A stretch of DNA of 59,484 nt, counting the filler, from Sphacelaria rigidula (taxonomy: Eukaryota), in the NCBI GenBank assembly GCA_964200075.2. It is 4 parts of 4 records of this genome, joined end to end, with 100 filler letters (N's around TTAATTAATTAA, not from the genome) between each part and the next. Parts side by side here need not be neighbours in the genome. Positions count along the whole stretch, not along the records: positions 44,691 to 59,484 come from CAXNAA020002043.1; 3 more parts are not named here. One strand, written 5' to 3'. Position numbers and translations under genes: made by a program. Position 1 is the first letter of the stretch. Each line of letters begins with the position of its first letter. The notes under the pieces are model-generated. The model was not told the origin of the DNA and did not search any database. It saw nothing but the letters and a program-made list of their open reading frames with translations. This document shows positions 51,637 through 59,484 of the stretch, one piece after another.

Positions 51637-52053
51637 AACAGGCAATTCTAAAAAATAAGGTTCATCAGTTAAATGAGGTTCGAGCCCAAAACAGTACTTT
51701 CTCCGCACTTTCAGCGATGGTGCCCTATGACATTCTCATCGGCCTAATGCCTCTCGATCGCGTAGATACTTCTTCAGGGCATTTTACCGACTCAGTGAGC
51801 TTACAGCGCTGACCGAAACCGCTGTTTCCCCTGCTATCACCCCCCCCTATAAAATAAGTCGGAATGGCGGTTTCGGACAGCGCTGTAAGCTCACAGAGTC
51901 GATAAAATGCGCTGAAGAAGTATATACGCGATCAAGGGGCATTAGGCCTACAAGAAAGTCATTTTTGCACCATCGCTGAAAGTGTGGAGAAAGTACTGTT
52001 TTGGGCTCGAACCTCATTTAATTGATGAACTTCATTTTATAGAATTGTCTGTT
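51637..52053. mobile_element. Foldback MITE, ~190-bp TIRs, ~40-bp loop
   Basis: AACAGGCAATTCTA...CGAAACCGC versus GCGGTTTCG...TAGAATTGTCTGTT; GCTT flanks both ends (possible 4-bp TSD). Confidence 0.85.
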
Positions 52054-52318
52054 GCTTGTCCTTTCAGTCTGTGCGTGACATCCTTTGTATCTGCACGTAC
52101 CATTTACGAAATGCCCTTATTATGCCGTACAGTAAGGACGGTCCAGTCACGCGACAGTGCAGACCACAGTGCTAGACCGTGCGCACTACCGCCGCAAAAT
52201 GCGAGCCTACCATCCCACCCGCCTACGAGTGACTGTACTCCGTACTTTATTTGCAATGTACACCCTGTACTAATAACACTCTCCTGGAAAACGAAGTTCA
52301 ACGTCAACATGGGGTATT

Positions 52319-52570
52319 GACACTTTCTACGATAGTCCCCCCCCCAAAACCAGCCCAAAAGTGTCACGAAAAAAATGGCAAAACACAGGGCCTGATGTCT
52401 GGGTTCAGGCTGCACGAAGCACCTCATACTGGCAACATTGGCTAGAACGATTCCAAGCGTGGGAATGCCCAGCTGCTCGTTATCCTCGGCTTTTCCCATT
52501 TCGATTCACGTCAAGATTTCGCTTCCCAAAACCACGCATTTTTTTGGGGGGGACTATCGTAAAAAGTGTC
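52319..52570. mobile_element. MITE with a 3-bp TSD (PIF/Harbinger-Tourist-like)
   Basis: TIR GACACTTT.TACGATAGTCCCCCCC; ATT on both sides. Confidence 0.8.
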
Positions 52571-54214
52571 ATTGTTCTAAAATATCGACATTTATACACG
52601 AAGATACAAACTATGTCGTCTGAAGTCGTAACACGCATCAGTGATAAACTCCGCCACATTGATCTACCCCGCGATTTCCTTTGTAGCGACGCTGAATCTC
52701 TCGTCTCTGTGAGCTGATGCAGGCCTCGCGTCACCCCCCTGGCCCTGGTGGTATGCACAAATATCTCCCCGCTGCCCTCGCCCAATAAGTTCTCAACAGC
52801 TACTCGACCAAGTCACCGCCATACCACGTCACCGACGACATGACTGAACCAGTCGTACAAGACGTGAACAGAATCTCCGGCCGTCAGATCTTTCATGGGC
52901 GCGGCGGCAAAACTACTGGTATTTATAGGGCACACCGACAACGTCTTCGGAGAGCGTCCTGGAAACTTGACTTTAATCTTTGACTGCACCGCCGCGCCAT
53001 CCTTTTGTGTTAGACGCAACTTCAATAGCGACGCCTTGCCTAAAGGCTGAATTTCCTGCTCGGCGCAAGGGTCTATGTTTGAGAAAGGTCGTGGGACCTC
53101 TGTTGTTGAATTGATTGCCCGGTCGAAAAATGTATGATATACTCTCCATGTAAAACGTCTAAACCCACTTTACCACTACCCAAAAGGGGGGGTTCAATCA
53201 TGAAGAATCGCTCATGCGAAAATAACAAGTCATAGCCTCATTCTTTGGCCACGCGATGAGGCACGTACCCCTCAGAAGATATTTGCTGCAGCCACCACAT
53301 CGGGTATACCTTTAAAAACAGAACTGTATCTCTTTCTTGCCCTTCCCCCATATGTCATGATCCAATAATAATATCCACTTCCCTTGCATCCACGCATGTT
53401 CACATGTACCTATCCTTGAGTGTGATATATTTGAATAGCCCTCCTACTCACGGCTCAACTCTACTCAATTCTCAAGTCTCATATTCTCATATTCGATTAA
53501 GCCCTCCTACTCACCTCTCAATCCTTCCAATGTCTCATACCCTAATAGAAGACGTGTTTTCATCTGAATGTACAAGGATGTTTTATCCCGGAAACGACAA
53601 TACCCAATTCTATATCACGAAGCACAAAACAAAATCGTCCCAGCCGTGTACAGGCATACGATAACGTCATCTACTTAGCGAATGAAAACTCCTTCCTTTC
53701 GTCCTTTTCCTCAATACTTCATGATATAATCATGCTCTTTATCTATACCATCACGCCTTTCAGTACTGAAAAAAAATGGATTCAAAAACTCAAATCATCA
53801 CAAACCAAATTGTCAAAAATCCCAGAGATATATTCGACAATATAGAAGAATGTATCAACCAAACGCAAAGTCGGAAACCAGTCCAGTTTGCGATATTTAC
53901 TACGGCAATTTTTGTGGCACTCGAAGTCCAACAATGAAAACCATGAAAAATATTTTGTCTACAACAAGAAAAATCAAATCTGGTCGTGCCCGTCGAAGAT
54001 CGAAACCCAACACTAAAAACCGTTGAAAATATTTTGTCTGCAACAAAGAATCAAATCCGGTTGTACCTGTCGAGGATGAAAACAACATTTCACTGCAAAA
54101 TTGAAGATCTTGCAACCATGACTTCGTACCCCTCCTTTTCCGGGGTGGATAAATGTCCCCGAACACAAATCAAACCCATTCAAACCAAACCAATGTACCA
54201 GTGTGCTACAGACT

Positions 54215-55830
54215 CTACATAATATTCATGACAATATTACGATGAAACTCAAAAGCCTCTGTCGGCAACACTTTAGTAAGGAAATCCGCATGTTGATACT
54301 CCGATTTCACGTGGGCAACCGAAACCTCATTCCGCCCAACCAACTCTCTGATAAAATGATGCCGTACGTCGATGTGCTTGGAGTTGGAGTTCGCGATTTG
54401 GCTCTTTGCCAAATGAAAAGCTCCCTGATTATCCTCAAAGACAAGGAGGCATGGCATTCCCATCTGCGGCAACATGAAACGCCAAACCTATATAAAAAAC
54501 GATACCTCCTTCAGAATATCTGTCATGGCAACTTACTCTGCTTCCGTTGTGGACAGCGTCACACACTTCTGAGTCCTTGAACACCAAGACACACATCTAC
54601 TTCCACACATCACTATCCCTCCTGATACCGACCGCCTATCAGCTGCCTTACTTGCGTAGTCGGCATCTATCTGCAAACACATGAAAGCTCAACCTCTGTA
54701 TACTTCCTCTGCGAAAATAAATCCCCAGCGAACTTGTTCGCCTAACATACCCCAACATACCAAGCTCAGCACGCCAATGGAAGTGTTTTGGCGAGGCACA
54801 GTACCTCGCTACTGCACGTACTGCGTTAGATATGTCCGGCCTCGTTTGGGGTGCCAGCCGCATCAGTGACCCTATCAACCCCCGAAACGGAAATTCGGTT
54901 GCCTGCTCTTCTACACTGAGCTCTTCAAGCTTCGCACCAACAGCGATGGGAATACTCTTCCCCCACTCTACTCCGTATTCCTTCGCCAACTCCTCTGCGT
55001 ATGTTTGTTGTAAAAGTTTCAGAGTCCCCCTTGCAATATCTCTCCCGTAGTACAGTCCAGAAATACCAACGCAAATCCCCGAGGTTCTTGACTGGAACCA
55101 TCGTGTTGAGATCTCTACCAAACTCGCTACATCTGTCCTTCTCTACTACTGCGAATATATCATCTACATGTACTACAATGGTGATAATCACCCTGCCATC
55201 CTCACTCAACCGAAATACACATGAATCCGCCAAGCACTGACCAAATCCCAAAACAAATAAACACTCCGCCAAGTGATTATGCCATTGCCTATTTGCCTGT
55301 TTTAATCCGTACAAAATTTTGTTGAGTCTTACTTTTTCACCAGATAAGCTTCCACACCCAAGTGGCAACCGCATGAAAACGTCCTCGTCCAACTCAGACT
55401 GTACAACAGCCTGTTCGATATCAAAATAACGCAACGCAAAATTTTTCTCACAAGCTAGAGTCACCAACAAACGTACGCTAGAAACTGCTAGGGTGGGGGC
55501 ATACAGTTCTCCAAAATCTATGTTCTCTCTCTGCGTGTCTCATCTTACTATTAGTCTCGACTTCATCTTCGTGGGCCATCCAAACTCGTCCGCCTTCCAG
55601 TTATATATCCACTTTGGATGGATATAGTTGTCCAGGAGTTGCTTTTCCGCTGAGTCAATCGTCCCCGCCTCCAGAATTTCACGCCATTCCGGCCCCATCG
55701 AGTCCCTCCATGAATCACCGTACTCCGAGCGCACCGCCTGCGGGTATCCGTTGGGGACCTTGAGGTCCTCTGCTGGACACTGTAGGAGTTCCGGCGGGAT
55801 ATGCGGCGGGCGCTGCTCGCGCAAAGCGGC
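54215..55830 (-). pseudogene. pol: Copia reverse transcriptase plus RNase H
   Basis: KWIYNWK, FDIEQA, LYGLKQA, VHVDD, TRPDISNAV, FEDNQGA, KHIDVRHHFIRE and ADFLTK, split by frameshifts and stops. Confidence 0.93.
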
Positions 55831-56994
55831 ATCTATATCTTCACCCGTCGCCAGCCTCGTCGCGAGTCACATCGGTATCCCTCCGCGCCCCCCTTTCTCA
55901 CCATCCTTGCCGTGTCGCCCGGCATCAACTACGCCGCGCGTGAGGAGACCAGACAGTACAGATCGCTTATCCAACTGCTGCATGAGTCCCCAGCTGTGGT
56001 GCAAGAGTGCAGCCTTGTCTGTCTTGTATTGCGTCGACCCCCCGACCGCGTCCGCCCTGGCTGCCGAGGGTGTGTTTCCAGATCTAGCTCCTTCCTCACG
56101 TTCATTAAAGACTGCTGCCGAGATAGCCCCCCGCCCAAACCGGCCAAAAACGTGCACGGAGGCGATGATCATAACCGCCGTTAAAGTCGGTTTTGTGCTG
56201 CACGACGCGACTGATTTGGACGTTATAGCTGATGTTCGACTGCTACACGCCTCTCATGTGGGCGAAATTACTGCAAAAAGGCCCAATAGTGAGATCGCAG
56301 CCGGTTCGTTGGATGGTGCCGGTGCACCTTTTGTGGGGGGGCTATCTCGGCATTAGTCTGGGAGCGGCGAGAAAGAATGGTCCATCACTTCAGAGGCGGA
56401 TGATGCATCGCGCGACGCAGTCGAGGAACATGCTGATAGAATCGGGGATGGAATCGGGGCCGAAGAGCTGGAGAAGATCGGCGGGGATGTCTGCGGCGAT
56501 TGATGCATCGGCGGAGTGGACGAGCGCGGCGGCGTGTGCTTCACCGATAGAGATGTCGGTCGCGGCGGCAGCGGTATCATCGGCTGAGTCGGTGGAGTCG
56601 GCGGGCGCGGCGGCGTTTGCTGCATCGGCGGAAAGCTCGGTCGCGGCGGCGGCAGCGTCGGCTGAGTCGGCGGAATCCACTGGCGCTTCGACGGCGGCGG
56701 TGGCTCGAACTCCACTGTGTGATATGTCGGCGGGAGAAGTGGTGTGGCGACAGCGGCGGCGGTGCTGCCATGAACCTCCTTTCCCCCGACGAGCGGCGTC
56801 TGGACCCCCCCCCCCCCGACGAGCGGCGTCTCGTGGTGCTGCTCTGCTGACGGCACGGCGGCGGCGGCGACGGTAGTGGAATGGGCTTCCTCCCCCCCGA
56901 CGAGCGGCATTGCCGACGATTGCAGCTGCGCACGTGGTACCGTCCAGACAACGTTTTTGATTTAGCAGACTGCACCGGTAGCAGCCTTCAGGAC

Positions 56995-58710
56995 CTACAC
57001 CGTCGATGAAGAATGGTTACTGCCATTGTTGAGGTAATGGCAGGCCACGGACTGAACATCCATTTTTCCTTGGTGGTTAACCCGCATCATGCCAGGTTGC
57101 AGAAATGGCACAATCTGTAGCGGCGGGCGCTTTCTGGTGACCATTTCATACGGCGACAGTCTTCCCGGGTTCGCCGTAGTAGCGGAACGATTGAATCCGT
57201 CCGCTGCCCACACCGCGGCCTCCAGCCACAGACGCTTCATGCTCTCCCCCAGGTGAGGTATGTCGTCGAAGCGGCACTCCGGGAACAGACGTCGCGCTTC
57301 GAGACGGGTTGTGTGGCCCCCCTTCATGACGCTCCAAATCGCATTTCCCACCACAGCGTTGTGCTTCGGAGTGTCGGGAGCAGAGTACTCACGACGAGTC
57401 GTTGCATCGTCGCAGAAGGCGCCAAAATCATTGGAGGTGAACTTGCCCCCGTTGTCCATGCGAAAACAACCGGGGGTACCGATGGCGCCGACGTCGGCGA
57501 TGAAGCGCTTCACCTTCGCCAGAGTGTCAGACTTACGTGCGAGGCCATAAACCTTCATGAAGCGCGATTTGCTGTCGACGCAGCCCAGCATTTGAGTTGA
57601 TGCACCCAGAGTACGAGGGTAGGGGCCTGTGAGGTCGAGATGAACCCTGCCAAGTGCAGTCTTTGCCCTCGTGCCCAGTGCTCGCGGAATACCTGTCCTC
57701 TGTCCCTTCGCTTCCAAATATCCCGCACATGGCGCCAGTAACCCCGTCAAAGTAATGCCCTGTCGTTTCGCAGTTTCTTGCAATAACGTCTCATGGATGT
57801 GGGGAAGGGAAACGTGAAAACAACTAATGTCGACTTCTTGTTTCGGTTTTCCAAATGAAAAGGGGTGAGAGCTGGGGGCAAGGACAGCAAGGGCCGTCCC
57901 GTTTTCAGCCTCAATTCCCATTCCTTCACTCAGAAAGCGCGGAAAAACATCTTGGGGAGGGGTCACGTCAAATCCAGCCATCAGAGCTTCATCCTTGAAC
58001 ACACTCAAGTCTGGGCAGTGGAGCCCTTGGACTGCACGGAGGGAACCAACACCGTTCGTGGTGGCAGGTACAACGCTTGCCTGTGAAACGGACTCTGTAC
58101 GCCAACACTTGAAGTCACAACGTTCGCTGGTGGAACGGACTGGACTTGAACGCTTGGGGGAGGGGAAGGAACAACACGTCCAGGTGAAGCGGACTGTACG
58201 CCAACACTTGAAGTCACAACGTTCGCCGGTGGAACGGACTGGACTCGAACGCTTGAGGGGGGGGGGAGGAACAACTACTGCTGGCACGGCAAGTGGGGTT
58301 TTTTGGTATGTTGGCGGTAATCGAGTGGCCCTTTGTGTTAAAGACCGCTCATTGCGATCGAAGCGAAGCTGGCCGTCAACCATATGTACCCCTGTTTCAG
58401 TCAAAAGTACATCCTGCTTTTTCTGCACTTGGTGCAGAGAAAAAAGGTTAACATGTATACCTTCAAGAACGTAAACATCAGTTAGCTGCACGCAAAATTC
58501 TGAGGACGCGCCGACGGATTTTGGGGCGGTGGAACTTGATATGTGAAATTTGAGCTTCGAACTCCCTACTGCTCGGACAGGGAGAACTGTTCCGTCCCCC
58601 ACGATCACGTGTTCATTTCCTTTCGGGGGGGCGGGGGGCGTAGATCAAACATACCACTCACTGAACCAGTGGTATGATGTGAAGCACCATCGTTCGCTAT
58701 CACTCCTCTG
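56995..58710 (-). pseudogene. pol: Copia protease plus integrase (rve)
   Basis: Degenerate NDGASHHTTG; HHCC-like HVSLPH...CAGY; VHLDLTGP, VDSKSRF, RMDNGGKF, YSAPDTPKHNAVVG (catalytic E replaced by G), LWLEAAVWA. Confidence 0.9.
58090..58262. repeat. Direct repeat (period 99 bp) in the Copia PR-IN linker
   Basis: TGTACGCCAACACTTGAAGTCACAACGTTCGC at 58096 and 58195; peptide KRSSPVRST.ERCDFKCWRT occurs twice. Confidence 0.9.
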
Positions 58711-59388
58711 TACCATCACCCACATGAACCCCCGACCCACTCTGGTTAAGCAAAGCAACCCTCAGAGTAAAATCTCCCAACTCAAAACGTGACTCGCCTT
58801 GTGACACAATGTGTGCCATGCACAGGTGAAGCGGCGCAGAGGATGAAGCTGAAACGGAGGAAGACAGATTGGAATCAGGTTGGGCATGATGAGGTGGTTG
58901 CTGCTGGTGTAATTGATAAGGGTGTTGCAGTTGAAGTTCACCTTGCTGCCGTGGTGACTGGATCTGGTTGTTGGTGGCGGCTGCGGAGGATTGCGGGGGA
59001 TTGCAGGGAAACTTGATACAGTGCGCGTAACCTGCACCGCTGAAGTTGCTGCTATGTTCCAACACCCACCCGTCTTCTTCCGTTCCGTTCCAGTATTCTT
59101 CGATGTGACTGATTTCTTCGTACCCCCCTTGATCACCGTACAGTTGCACGGTGTTGACCGATCCATAGGAATGGGTCCAAGGGGGGGGGGCTGGTGTCCT
59201 AGATGATGAGGTTGATTGTGGGCAGGATACACATGACGTACCCCCGAATCGACTCGCGGCGTAACTACTCTACGCCATGGGCAAAACGTATGCACGTGGC
59301 TCAATTCATCACATGTGATGCATCGTTTACGAGGGTCTTCGTGGTGGATTAGGGGTTCATTGCCTGCAGGGCGGTATAAACCATCAGG

Positions 59389-59484
59389 GACACTTTCTAC
59401 GATAGCCCCCCCCTAAAAGTGCATGGTTTTGGGAGGCAAAATCTTCACGTAAATCGAAATGGGAAAAGCCGAGTACAACGAGAA
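59389..59484. mobile_element. Second, truncated copy of the 52319-52570 MITE, in opposite orientation
   Basis: GACACTTTCTACGATAGCCCC...AATCGAAATGGGAAAAGCCGAG matches the reverse complement of 52480-52570. Confidence 0.85.

Larger units (their letters stand above)
53270..59388 (-). mobile_element. Decayed Ty1/Copia LTR retrotransposon; 5' part cut by the window end and LTR not delimited
   Basis: Order PR-IN-RT-RNaseH. The 3' boundary is approximate (AT-rich 3' region with short duplications). Confidence 0.9.

Noticed and set aside
55628-56876. Long plus-strand ORFs opposite the Copia (and similar ones opposite Gypsy and the host exons)
   Set aside because: Antisense shadows of GC-rich coding sequence.

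Overview
This is eukaryotic, intron- and repeat-rich DNA, most likely from a brown alga (Phaeophyceae, probably a kelp); the organism is inferred from intron style and repeat families and is not proven. The window is not one locus. It is four contigs of 14799, 14796, 14795 and 14794 bp (sorted by size) joined by artificial 100-nt spacers (44 N + TTAATTAATTAA + 44 N), so adjacency across the spacers means nothing. Contig 1 carries six minus-strand exons that splice in phase into one protein: a Gly/Ser-rich N-terminus, a degenerate bZIP-like basic/coiled-coil segment, poly-Q, an acidic SQ cluster and the start of a NUDT15/MutT-type Nudix domain. This is the most unusual item. Contig 2 is mostly decayed retroelements: a Ty3/Gypsy pol with a long upstream ORF1 region, a putative 3' LTR with PPT, and a Copia fragment. 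Contig 3 has two low-complexity exons of an unknown gene plus many MITEs/SINEs and a 42/84-bp minisatellite. Contig 4 has the 3' exons of an ALG6-like glucosyltransferase, several MITEs and a decayed Ty1/Copia element. No CRISPR array, rRNA or intact tRNA gene was found.
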